A stretch of DNA of 64,000 nt from the human T2T-CHM13v2.0 reference genome, Homo sapiens: the NCBI RefSeq assembly GCF_009914755.1, contig NC_060926.1, one strand, 5' to 3'. Positions 40,881 to 55,009 of the stretch are shown here, one piece after another. How positions within the stretch are numbered: the stretch's first letter is position 1; every line of letters begins with the position of its first letter. The translations under genes and the position numbers were made by a program. The notes under the pieces are model-generated. The model was given only the letters and a program-made list of their open reading frames with translations. It ran no database searches and was not told where the DNA came from.

Positions 40881-42667
40881 AAGAATACCCTACGATACAT
40901 GGGAGCTCCTTAGGCCCTCATGAAAATAATAAGTGAGAGGGAGCATGCAAGCAAGAGAGTGTAGGAACCGGAGTGAACGAATGCTGGAACCAGCTGCTTA
41001 CTCCTCTCTGGTGGGAGCAGGCTCTGTGCAGGCCCCACAGCAGCATCCAAGCCCCTAACCTCTAGGCACCCAGGTTCTTGTCCAGCGTTCATGAAGAATC
41101 AGGTCACGTGAAAGGACTGAAGGGAAGTGTATTCAGAGGATTTTACTGGGAAATGGAAGTGGCTCTCAGCGGGATCGGGAATTGGAAAGGGGATGGTGCA
41201 GGAAGAATTTGATCTTTCCTGGAAGCTGCACTGTCTGAAATTAGCTGCGTCTATCTGCAGTCTCTAATGCTGAGTTGCTTCTCTGCTCGCTGCTCAGCCC
41301 CTTGTGTTCCTGCTGCTCAGCTGCTTTTGTTGCTCTGCCAGCTGAGGTCTTTTTATGGGTACAGGATGGGGCATGGCAGGCCAAAAAGGCAACATCTGGA
41401 TGGAAAAACGGGGTCAGCTGTTTTCACTTAGGGCCACAGTTCCAGACTTAAGGATGGGATTTAGCCAGGAGCCCAAGCAGTTCTGTGTCATTTTCCCCCT
41501 CTGAAGAGGCACATCTAACTGCCGTTAGAATATAGACGATCCAGTCTTAGCTACTTCCTGCTGAAAGGGGGCATTATTTGGGGGAAACGGCAGTCAGATT
41601 CTTCCTAGAGGTCTACCCAAGGGTCCCTAGCAAAAGGGGCTGGTTATCTGAGGCTCTGCCTGTCTGCCCATTTGGAGACTTGATGGCTTCTTGGCAAGAA
41701 ATAGAAACAAGCTTTACAAGGTAAGTATGCATGAATCAAACATGTATTATACAAGGAAAGAATCTAGTGCCAAAGATTACAGAAAGAAGTGAAATATACT
41801 AACAACGTTGTATCCTGAGCTCTCTCACCCTGATAAAATAGATTAAACCTTGTATAGGAGCAGTTAAACTTTAAGAGGGAGTAGCTGTTCTTGTCAAATC
41901 TGTAGCAGTTAAGAGGTGAACCTTAGGAATTCTGGAGTTTGTGAGCTTGAATGGTGGCCATTAAAGCTTCTGCCTCTTTCTTGTGTCTGAAAGACCAATG
42001 TGGCCCCTTTCAAAAGGTCCTCTAATGTACTATCTGGTCCCATGGTCCGTTTCTGAGTATAAACTGGAGGTGGTGAAGTTTGTTGCCCATTCTGAAAGAC
42101 AGGGAATTTGGCATCCCTCATTCCCTTCCTCCTTTCAGCGAAAACTCGGAATGTGAGGTGGAAAGAAAGCAGGCACACCTCCTTTTCTTTCCCATCCTTA
42201 TCCCCAAGTCCCAGTGTCCTTGGCAGGTGCCACCCATGGATGCCAATGTGGCTTGCACCCATAAACCAGTGAAGGCCTAGAAAATAGGAATTATCCACAC
42301 TCATCTATGCCTCTACCTCCCCTACTGTCGACAACCTTTGAGTTTCCTGGGTCTCATTTATGCCATGCAGCATGGCCTCCTTCCATGAAGTGGGGGTTTA
42401 ATCAGCAAGAATTAGTCCTGCTCATTTACACTGTGCCTATTGCCTGGCTTTAGCTCCCTCAGATCTGGTTTTCCTTTCTAGGGCCTCAATCTAAAGCTCG
42501 AAATCGAGTTTGGGACAAAAAGGTGTTTCAGGTGTGCATAGATTAATTTAGATTAAGTCTCAAACAGGCCTTGCCAAATGTACAGCTAACAGCCAGCAGG
42601 GATCGATCCTCTGTTGTTTCCCTATCATAAGCAGAGTGTTGAGGTAGGAAGAGAACTCTTTTGCTTA

Positions 42668-42984
<317 letters not shown>

Positions 42985-43220
42985 AAGAAGAAAGCAACTT
43001 AAACTGCATAAGGGGGCAGGGAGCCTAGGAGAAGAGCATCTTGCTCTGTGGAAATGAGTTTCTTTAATCACCGTATCCTTCCCCTGGTTCAGACTGGCTA
43101 GACCTCTGTGAAGGGAAACAGAGCCAACATTCCTTTTATGCAAAGGTAAAAGAGAAGTGGCAAGGTCTTTGAAAAGAGACAGATCCGACAGTTTTGCATT
43201 TTAACTCACCCTTTTTTTGT

Positions 43221-43238
43221 ATCCTGGATGAGCCCCCA
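43221..43238 (-). promoter_or_regulatory. Primer-binding site for tRNA-Pro
   Basis: Minus strand reads TGGGGGCTCATCCAGGAT versus canonical TGGGGGCTCGTCCGGGAT; two CpG-type transitions; 2 nt from the LTR end. Confidence 0.9.
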
Positions 43239-43919
43239 GATGAGACGGGATTGTTCCCTTGACCTTGACCCCCTTCATGGGTGGGAACTAGAGTGGCTTG
43301 ACTCAGCCCACTACTGGTCAGTCCTTGCAAGAGGGAGCACATGAGCAAGTGAGTGCAGGAACCAGAGTGAATGAGCACTAGAACTAGCCAGTCACTTCTG
43401 TCTGGTGGGAGCAGGCTCTGTATGGGGCCTGCAGCAGCATCCAGGCCCCTGCCATTTCAGCACATGTGCTCTTGTCCAGCATCCAGAAAGGATCAAGTCA
43501 CATGAACAGATTGAAGGGTAGTGTATGTTGAGGATTTTGAGTGATGGAAGTGGCTCTCAGTGGGATGGGAAGTTGGAAAAGGGATAGTGTGGGAAGAAGG
43601 TGATATTTCCCAGAAGCTGCCTCATCTGAAGTTAGCTGCATCTATATGTATTCTCTGACACTCAGTTGCTTCTCTGCTCACTGCTCAGCCACTTGTATCC
43701 CCAGCCACTTGTATCCTTGCCACTCAGCTGCTTGTACCCCTGATACTCAGTCATTTTTGTTCTCTGCCAGCTGAAGTCTTTTCATGGGCATAGGATAGAG
43801 GTATGGCAGGCCAAAAAGGCAACATATAAGTGGCAAAATGGGGTCAGGTGTTTTTACTTTGGGCTGTGGTTCCAGGCTTAAGTTTGGGGTTTAGCCAAGA
43901 GCCCAGCCCTTCTGTATTG

Positions 43920-44499
43920 ACAACAAATTACCAAAACTTAACATCTTAAAACAATACCTATTTATTATATGTTTGTGTAGGTCAGAAGTCCAGGTAAGCT
44001 CAGCTTGTCTCTACTCAGGCTATTGCAAGACTGAAATCCAGGTATTAGCTAGGCTGTGCTCCTTTCTGGAAGCCTGAAGAATGAATTCATTTCCAAGGTC
44101 ATTCAAATGCGGACAGAATTCATATCTTTGTGATTGTAGGACTGAGGTTCCTGTTTTTTTGCAGGGTACTGGGCTCACTTCCTGCTCCTAGAGGCCACCT
44201 GAATTTCTTTTCCTTTTCATTTCACTCTCCATCTTTACTCCAGCCATAGCACTTTGAGTCCTTCTTGTGTTTCAAATATTTCTCACATCCTCTTCTGTGC
44301 TCTTCTGTCTTTTAACAGGCTGTGTAATTAGATCAGGCTCACCTCGATAATCTCCAAACTCTAAGGTCAACTGACTAAAGCCCTAAATTACAACTGCAAA
44401 GTTCCTCTACAACAGTCCCTAGATTAGTGCTTGATTGAATAGCCGGGGATTGGGGATCCTGGAGGGAGAGGGGCAATTCTTGGAATTCTGCCTACCACA
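43920..44499 (-). mobile_element. MaLR LTR, MLT1E/F-like
   Basis: AACAAATTACCA..CTTAAAACAA, GTAGGTCAGAAGTCCAG, TGTAGGACTGAGGT, ending GAATTCTGCCTACCACA. Confidence 0.85.
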
Positions 44500-44849
44500 T
44501 AGTTGCACTCTCTATGTCCTAGAATTTCTTAAAACATAGTATGTTGTGATCATGCTAACTTATCTAAATTTCCATTCTGATAATTTTCCATCTCTTTGTC
44601 TTGACTTGACTGTGATCCATGTATCTAAAAAGCCACTCAATTAAAAGTCTTTTTTGTTAAATTAAATAACACTCCCATAACTCCTCTACCCCCCAAAATG
44701 TATACATGTTCACACAACAAACAGCACACACTCTTTTAGTCCTAAAGTAAGTCAAAATATTGAGTTTTACATTTCTGGTGATGAAAAATTTACCACAGAA
44801 CCCATTAACCCAGAAGATCAACAATTACAAAATAAAACAATTGGGAAAT

Positions 44850-45252
44850 GACCTGGCACTAATTTGAGATTATAACTAATTTGTAATGAGAAGCAAAGAC
44901 ATTAATGCTTGCAAACATTCTCTAGATCCATTGCCACACCCCAGTTTGAACTTCTCGAATCCTCTAAATCATGTTAGCTTCCCAAGGCTCCTTTGTTCTG
45001 AATCCTATATCAAAGTGCCAAAGCCATTCAATGGACTCTTCTTTGTAAGTGCTAACTGCTTTGTATTTTTACCAATTTATGTTATTCCACTGAAGCTGAA
45101 GTGCCAGCTTGTGAACAAAGCATTCCTTCTCTCCCTTGTCAGACTGCCAAGATGCTGATTCTATTGAATAAACTCCTTCCTGCTGGCCCGTGAGAAGGAC
45201 CCCCTAGCGAGTCCCTTGCCCTCTAACTCTAGAGCTCAATGGGGAGGAAACA
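44850..45252 (+). mobile_element. Possible old LTR, family not identified
   Basis: AATAAA at 45167 followed by U5-like sequence ending in CA. Confidence 0.3.
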
Positions 45253-45693
45253 GGCTATTGGCAGCTGTTATCAAATGGAGACCTCACTTAAGTGTTAATA
45301 TGCCTCCCCTCTGCTCTAACCAGACAGAACTTGACATCTTTCCTGCTCAAGCTGTATTCAATTTCATCTCAGGATCTTTCTTTAGGCTCATTCTCATTCT
45401 TTCCTTCTACTTATTTAGAAGGTTATTACTTATTTAATTTCTTTAATAGATATAGGCCTAGTCAGAGTATTTATTAATCCTTGTGAGAATTCTGGTAGTT
45501 TGTACTTCCTAAAAATTGGTGTGTTTCATCTATTGTCAAATTTGGGGGCATTTGTTGTCCATAGTTATTCATATTATTATCATTTTATTTCATTATCTTT
45601 TATTATTTTAATGTCCATGGAATCAGGAGTGTTGACCCCTCTTTTATTTCTGATGTTGATAATTGATGTCTTCTATTTCTTTTCTTGGTTCTC

Positions 45694-46937
<1,244 letters not shown>

Positions 46938-46941
46938 TTAA

Positions 46942-47352
46942 TGCTAAGTAAAAAGAAATCTGAACTTAAGTGAAAAGAGATTGTATTAAAACGACTATTT
47001 CAACAGGAAGAACTCTTGAAACTGAAGATCTACAAGCATCTCAAAATCAAACAGAAAAAGAAAAGCTTTCCTTTTTTAGAGAGGGGTTCAACTAGTAGAA
47101 CTACCAGGAACTTTTGAGGGGAAATTGAATGCGATGGAGCAGACAGTGTAATTGTGGTGGTCTAACAACTTTTGATTTTCACTGTGGTCACCTTACTCTC
47201 AGGATAGACTACTAACAGGGATGTTCTGCATTTTAGAGCTTTCTCAGATTTGGAGTCAAGCCAAAGTTCAAGGTCCTATTGAAAGGAGAGATGCCTGACC
47301 AGTATGAGCCAATTCAGAGGGTAAATTAAGGACAGCTGTGAGCATTTGGTCA
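46942..47352 (-). mobile_element. ERV1 LTR, MER31/MER67-like
   Basis: TG...CA bounded ~410-bp unit with GACTATT.CAA.AGG and a terminal TTTGGTCA; family assignment is tentative. Confidence 0.55.
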
Positions 47353-47827
47353 ATTGCATAGACTTGTAGAGGTTTATCAGCTTTCTTGATCTTTTGAAAT
47401 AACAAGCTTTTGATCCAGTGATTCTTTCTATTGCTTTTCTATTTTCAATACCACTGATTTCTGCTCTAATTTTTATTATTTGTTTTCTTCTGCTTGCTTT
47501 AGGCTTAAATTGCTCTGTCTCTGTTTCATAAGGTGGAAGTTTAGATAATTAATTTTAGATCCTTCCTCTTTTCTAATGTATGAATTTAATGCTATATGTT
47601 TCCATCTGAGTATTGCTTTTGCTGCATCCCTCAAATTTTGATTAGATGCATGTTAATTTATATTTAGTCAAAAATATATTTTGAAAAAAAAATTGAGGCT
47701 GCTTCTTTGAACCATGTGCTACTTAGAAAGTACATGCTTCATCTCCAAATATTGATGATATTCCAGTTATTTCCAGTTGTTAGTTTCTAGTTTTCTAGTG
47801 TAATGCCGTTGTAGTCTAAGAGCATAT

Positions 47828-48223
47828 TGTTAAAAGAAAAACTTCAGCCAAATTAAATTAAAGAGTTGAATTGAACAATGAATGATTTGTTAATTGGGCA
47901 GCCTCTTAAGCCAGATTAGGCTCAGAGACTCCAGCACAGCCAAGTGGTGGGAGAAAATTTATGGATAGAAAAAGGAAAGTGAGATACAGAAAATGGAAGT
48001 GAGGTACAGAAATGGCTGGATGGGTTATGAATCAACATTTGCCTTATTTGAACATGATTTGTACAGTTGGCTGTATTTGATTGGCCAAAACTTGGTGATT
48101 GGCACAGTGTAGGCTAATGTCTGTTTACATCTTCACCTGTTATACTTCACAACTTAGGGAGAAAAATTTAGGCTCAATATAAAATATCTAAGGAGGCAGC
48201 TTTAAGCTAAACTTGACTTAACA
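47828..48223 (-). mobile_element. MER57-like ERV1 solo LTR
   Basis: TGTTAAAAGAAAAACTTCAG...AGGAGGCAGCTTTAAGCTAAACTTGACTTAACA; TSD ATAT/ATAC. Confidence 0.9.
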
Positions 48224-48839
48224 ATACTTTAAATTATTTCTTCCTTCCTTTCTTCCTTCCTTCCTTAATATGGTGTGTTTTATAAACTATAACATCATCT
48301 TTCTTCATGAATTACCCGCATGAGCTTGAAAGGAATATGGGTTCTGGCGTAGTTGAATAGAATATTCTCTAAATATCAATTAGATCAAGCAGATTGATAG
48401 TGATGCTCAGGTCAACTATATCCTTACTGATTATCTGCCTGCTTCAAGCATGAAATACTGATAGAAGTGTGTTAAAGTCTTCAACTATAACAGTGGATTT
48501 GTCTGTTTCTCCTTGCAGTGCTGTTTGCATTTGTCTCATAAATTTTGATGCTCTGTTAGGTATATACATGTTTAGTTTTGCTATGTCTTCTTGGAAAAGT
48601 GACAATTCATTGCCTCTGATTATTTTTCTTGTTCTGAAATCTTCTTTCTCTGAAGTTGTTATAGCTATTCAAGTTTTCTTTTGAAAATTGTTAGCATGGT
48701 ATATCTTTTTTCTCCCTTTACTTTTTACTTGAATACTTTTTAAGTTGGGTTTCTTATAGAAAACATGCATGTGGGTCTGACTGTTGTTTTTTAAATATAT
48801 TTTTATAATCTCTGTAGGGGTTAGACCATCCTCATTTTG

Positions 48840-49511
48840 TTTGGGCAAGTAATATCTCCCAGAAGATGCCCATGCTCTTATTTCCAGGACCTGTGAGTGT
48901 GTTACATTTCATGACAAAGGGAACTTTGCAGGTATAACTAAAGTCGAGATGAAAAGATTATTCTGGAGTTTCTATGTGGGCCCAGTCTAAATCACATGAG
49001 ATCTTAACAGTGAAAAAGGAGGGCAGAAGGGCAGGTTAAAGTGATGTCATATGAGAAGGACTCAATCTACTAGTTCTCGTTTTAAATGTGTAAGAAGGGG
49101 CCCATAAACCAAAGAATATGGGTGACTTCTAGAAAGGAGAAAAGGCAAAGAAGTAAATCCTACCTTCAAGAGTCTATAGTGGGGTGAGGGAATGGGGGAG
49201 GGATAGAATTAGGAGAAATACCTAATGTAAATGACGAGTTAATGGGTGCAACAAACCGACACAGCACATGTATACATATGTAACAAATCTGCACATTGTG
49301 CACATGTGCCCTAGAATTTAAAGTATTAAAAAAAAAAGTCTATAGAAAGAATGCAGTCCTGCAGACACCTTAATTTTAGCCCAGTGTGAGTCCCAGACTT
49401 TGGATCTATAGAACTGTAAGACAATAAAATTACCCTTCTAACTTTGTGATAGTTTGCTTAATCCTCTAACTTCATGGTAATTTGTTATTCCAGCAATAGA
49501 AGATGCATACA
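48840..49511 (+). mobile_element. MaLR LTR, MLT1D-like, containing an L1PA tail
   Basis: GGACCTGTGA.TGTGTTAC..CATG.CAAAGGGAACTTTGCAG; CACCTTAATTTTAGCCCAGTG; CAGCAATAGAAGATGCATACA. Confidence 0.85.
49180..49336 (+). mobile_element. Severely 5'-truncated L1PA (PA6-8-like) 3' end
   Basis: G-rich tract, TAGGAGAAATACCTAATGTAAATGACGAGTTAATGGGTGCA, A-tail; TSD AGTCTATAG at 49171-49179 and 49337-49345. Confidence 0.93.
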
Positions 49512-50619
49512 CTTATATTTCAGGATAAGACCTAGCCAAAATCTTTCTAGTATACAAAGCGCTTATACATTAATACCTACCATGGTTTCAATTTCTTTGG
49601 TCTAATACTGTTCTTAGCATCTTCAACTGTTCTTTGTTTTATGCATATTAATTCGCATATATGAGGCAGAGTTAATGTGCATTTGTGTTTTTATTCATCA
49701 ACCCCACCCCCAAGTAAATTAAATTTTTCCTAAATGTTTTCCAGATTTTATGTGCTACCTAGATGAGTGCTACAGATAGAGAAGAATAAGGCCAGTTCGC
49801 TGAGGAGAAAAGCTCTGTGCGGTTGTTAGAAAATCACAAGTTCTACCTCCATGTTATTTAATATAACACCTAACAACACCTCATTTCCTTATCTGTAAAA
49901 CAGGATTGAAAATATCTGCTTCGGGGGATGTTAGTGAGGATGAAATGCAGGAACATGTACATTGTTTGTCACTGAGTAGATGTTTAGATTTTAGATATTA
50001 AAATAGTACTTGATTTTCTTAATGGAAACAGAATAAACAAGATAATTGTAAGCATGACTTCTGTTGCTCTATTTTAAAAATAGCAGTGTGAGACAAGGAG
50101 AAAGTTTATAACTAGCATTTTTTGAGTTATTACATACAAACATTGTAGTTGCTGAGGGTCAACAGTACTGTTCATTGCATGATCTAGTGCTCAATCCTAT
50201 TATACATGAGTAAATATAACAATTGTGCATACATTGCTCATTTCCATGGTCTAACAGACAACAGTTAAATTGTTTTTCCTTCATTTAGCTCATACTCATT
50301 TGCTAATTGGACATGCATTACATTGTTTCAAAATTCAATCTTGTTGACAAGAGCAGGCACTTCATATGATAATTTTCATTTTAATGTATTTTTAGACTAC
50401 TGGGCATGTGACATTTTTCTAAAGTGGATTTTATTTTCACAGTACACAGAAAAATAAGTTTACCAATTTAAGTATTGTGGGCTTTAGAAAATAAATTAAC
50501 TATATATAATTGATATAATTGCTATTTGACTATAATAAGAACAGATGCATAAAGGAGGTGGAGAAGAGAGTTTAAAAATCACCAGTGTATCTTCAAATCA
50601 AATAATTCCCTTAATATAC

Positions 50620-50840
50620 TTGAACATATATTTATACATATTTTAACATACTTTAAAGAAATGTATAATATATTATGCATATACATATGATGTGTTTTAT
50701 ATATATAAAATTCCCTTTGTATATGCATGTGTGTATATTTGGATATCTTATACATACATATTTATATGTATATATTATATACATGTCATATATATTTAGA
50801 CATATATGCTATACATGCATATGCAAACACGCATACATAC
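50620..50840. repeat. AT-rich low complexity, degenerate (TA)n/(CATA)n
   Basis: Seen directly. Confidence 0.75.
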
Positions 50841-50929
50841 TCACTTTGTTTTGCATTTCTCCAATGCTGTATACTTGAAGGAAACTGGTTACATTGATCT
50901 GACACTCCAGTTTGTCTTCTGGTAGGCCA

Positions 50930-51460
50930 TGTTAGGAAGCAATTCTTCATGGGTCTATCATATTTCTGCATATATTGTGAACAAACCACTGGCACCCTTT
51001 GTTTAAGGCTGTCTTTTCAAGGGTGTTTATAATGTAAACAATCCTAGAAGATACAAATTGTGCCTTTCTCTAGAACAAAGAACAGGTTTATTTACTATCC
51101 AGTTTAATAAATTTAGTGTTTTCCTCCTTGGCAAATTTTGTGCAGGTTGGCTTGCAACTCAACACAAAATATTTACATTTCCAAAACAGGGGGTTTCTCT
51201 CCTGTAACAACGCCTTGCATGTGTATATGTAGTCATCCCCTGCCCCTCTTCATGTTGCCTTATGGGAACTGGGGCTTGGGGAACTTGAGTAAAAGTGATG
51301 ATATTCTGGCTACTGTACTGCTATTGCCGCGAGTAATAAACTGTCCTTTGACTCTGACTGAAGAGTCTCATGTTTTCTGCCAGCATCCATAAAAGCATGA
51401 CAGGCTAACTTGTTAGCTTGCAAGTAGAATAAAGTCTCAGACCTACCATGGTTCTTGATA
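50930..51460 (+). mobile_element. LTR47-like ERVL solo LTR
   Basis: TGTT..CAATTCTTCATGGGTCT..TTTCTGCA, TCTTTTCAAGG.TGTTT, GAGTAATAAACTGTCCTTTG, CAGGCTAACTTGTTAGCTTGCAAGTAG. Confidence 0.75.
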
Positions 51461-51737
51461 GAATGAAATATCTACAAAATAAGTTCCCTGTGTTAGCAAA
51501 ATAAATCAATTATGTGTATGCTCATTTTCAAGGAGAATTCTGTAAACATGATTTTCACACCTATGCAGAAGTGGCTTAGTGTAATGGGACTAGTGTTAGG
51601 ATTATGGTGAGGACACAGGATCTTATTGCAACCTGTCCTCTATCTCAGTTTGTGAACTGAACAGTATGAGTGTTGCTCAATGTGTTTCTCATGTAAACTC
51701 ATTTTATGCTCACAAATACAAAATGCAGTTGATTTAA

Positions 51738-52071
<334 letters not shown>

Positions 52072-52770
52072 GAACATTTCTTTTTATCTGTCCTGTTTGA
52101 TATATGTTTTCTTAACACAGGAGGTGTGGAGGATATAGGATGGTGGGGAGGACCACATACAATAATTGGTTCATGATTATAAGTATAGTTCAGATCTTAT
52201 TAGAAACTTTTCAGTGTTCATGCGTAATCTCATCTGTCATAGACTCCAATAATTTGTTAGAGAAAAATATAACATATTTAAGGCAAATGAGGAGCAAGGG
52301 TCATATTGACTTATATGCATCTTATGATAAGATACCTATGAGTCATGAGATATCGAATATAATACAGTTCATTTTTAAGGTTAGGCGACAAAGCAAAATA
52401 ATTATGAAACAACACAATTAGAGAAGCATTTTTTTATTTATTATTTTTATCTAGGCCAAAGGCTTGCATTGCATTTTACATTTACAAAAGGCTTTTAGAT
52501 GTTCTATGTTTTGATAGTGGTGTTGGTTACACTGGTGTCTATATGTTCAGAGCTATTGAGCTGTGCATTTAAATTATGTACATTTTATTATATGTAAACT
52601 ATTCCTCATAAAATAAAGGACCTTTGATAAGACAGCACATTTCGAAAGGTCTTTATATTATCTATGACCTCAACTTCCGAGGGAGTTTTAGCTTTTAATG
52701 GGAGTACACAAGTTCCAGGGATACTATACAATCACCCCTCAGAAAAGATGGTGATATAAGATTTAATGTA

Positions 52771-53065
52771 GGCCAGGCACAGTGGCTCATGCCTGTAATC
52801 CCAGAATTTTGAGAGGCCAAGGCGGGTGGATCACCTGAGGCCAGGTGGATCAGCCTGGCCAACATGGTGAAACCCTGTCTCTACTAAAAATACAAAAATT
52901 AGCTGAGCGTGGTGGTGGGTGCTTGTAATCCCAGTTACTCATGAGGCTGAGGCAGGAGAAACCTTGAACCCGGGAGGCGGAGGCTGCAGTGAGAGGAGAT
53001 CCCGCCATTGCACTCCAGCCTTGGCAACAAGGGTGAAACTCCATCTCAAACTAAACAACAACGAC
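52771..53065 (+). mobile_element. AluS with a disrupted B box
   Basis: Full Alu; perfect 13-bp TSD AAGATTTAATGTA at 52758-52770 and 53066-53078. Confidence 0.96.
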
Positions 53066-54264
53066 AAGATTTAATGTAAATATGTTTGTAAACATGTTTC
53101 TCAGACTTTTTTTCTGAAAATAAGTTTTATTTGGGAGAAAAAGGAGAGAATGTGAAAGGACTAAGATTATGAATGTAACTGATAATTAAAGAGAGGCAGG
53201 TCTTCAAGAGAAACTGAAGCCCTGGGTAATTTGGCATTTTCCCCCCTATGAAGCCTTGATTTAATCTTTCATTTTACATGTTGTTCCTAGTGATTAAAAC
53301 ACAGGAATTAGACACCAAACCTTCTTCCTCTGCTCAGTGCCTCATTAATAAAAAAAGTTTCCTCTTCTGTTGATCTCTAAGTCTTTTCGAGCAGGATTAA
53401 AAAAATGCAGTTTATTGCCTTCCTGTTGCTAACTACATAAACAAGCTTAGAGAGCTGTGATAGACTACCTTGTATTTATTCAATTTTCAGGATGATTCAA
53501 GATTGAGTCACCATGAAAAATATTATCTATTAAAATATTGTCTGGACTTACTGGATCAATAATGGAATATGTGAAGAATTAACTGAACATTATCAGGGAT
53601 AGAATTACATATTATTTATCATCATCATCATCCTCATCCTTATCAGCTGTACGTTTTTCCTAGCATGATGCCTTTGCATAATGTAGAAAATTTTAAAAGT
53701 GATTTCCTTTCTTTGGATCTTCCACAAGCACAATGGAAATTATAGAATGTGACCTTCTGATAGTATTCTATTTATTAATTTGAGTGTCTGCACTGTTCTA
53801 TTCAGTTCAGGTTGATATAGGGCACATCAAATTCATGTCCTGTTCCTATTTAAGGCTGACCATGTGGACACCACAGGACCATATAGTATACTCCAGGGTG
53901 GTGGTATAATACAATTTCACAAAAATAACTGAATTCAGTGAGGTATTTTTTCAAAATGACCAGAGAAAATATGAAGAGAAATCAAGGGCAGTGCTCAAAA
54001 TGTATGAAAGTTTAGTAGGGTGAGGGTTAGCTGTAAGCAGAAGGTGAGACCTGGGTTCTTTAGGGAAGTGTTCATCAACAGCTCTAGACGTGCATCTCAA
54101 AGTCAAGTGAGAAGAAATGGACAGAAGAGGGACTGTGAAACATTGATAAATGCCCCTTGTCATTTAGCATTGTGGAATTTGGCTCCATAAAGATATGAAG
54201 CCAGGTATCAAAGAGGAAACAGATTTTGCTGGAGACGTGACATCTCCATACAGTAAGCGGTTAG

Positions 54265-54430
54265 AGCAGTAGGTCTTGACTTTTAGTGTAGACTGTCCTC
54301 TCCCAGGTGCTTATTTTAAGTACCAGTTCCCAGATCCCACTGGAGAATGTTTCTGATGCAGTAGTTCCAGAATGGGGCAGAATCTTCATGTTTCAAATGC
54401 CAAAGTTAAGCTCCAAATATTATGATTATT
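54265..54430. mobile_element. MER5-type MITE, degenerate
   Basis: AGAGCAGT.GG start, TTCCCAG..CCCAC, TTCTGATGCAGTAG..GAATGGGGC. Confidence 0.5.
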
Positions 54431-55009
54431 ATTCTAAATCGTATTCACTTATTGCACACTTTCAAAATGTAAGAGATTAACATCTAAATCTGATGCTGTG
54501 TGGCTATAAGCATTGGTGACCATGATGGATATAATAAAAATAGTTCATTATTGGTCTCAAAATATGCAAGGTAAAACCTGGCCTTTGATATTTATTAGTC
54601 ATGCAAATGCTCTCAGTGTCAGCTTTGACATCTTTAAAATGGGGGGAATAGTAGGGTTTAACTTATGGAATTATTTTGAGGGTTAACACCTATTACTATC
54701 ATGTAAAATGGTAAAACATTTTCTGAGTTTCTTGATGAAGAAAAAAGCATTTAACTTTTTCTCATATTATTTCTTCCTATCACTAAAATTGAAATAGAAT
54801 ATTTGCCTTTTATAACCACCACTAGAGAATGTCTAGGAATTCAGTGGTCTAGGGCATATTGTAAAATTCTCCCCAATGGAAGAAAAAGATGAATTCTACC
54901 TTTAAAATGTCCAGTGGTTAATTCTGGATTCTGGAGGCAGCATATATCATGGTTATGTATTTTTTCACTGAATATTTCAAAGGTTAACTAAAAAAGCTGT
55001 TGTTTTAAA

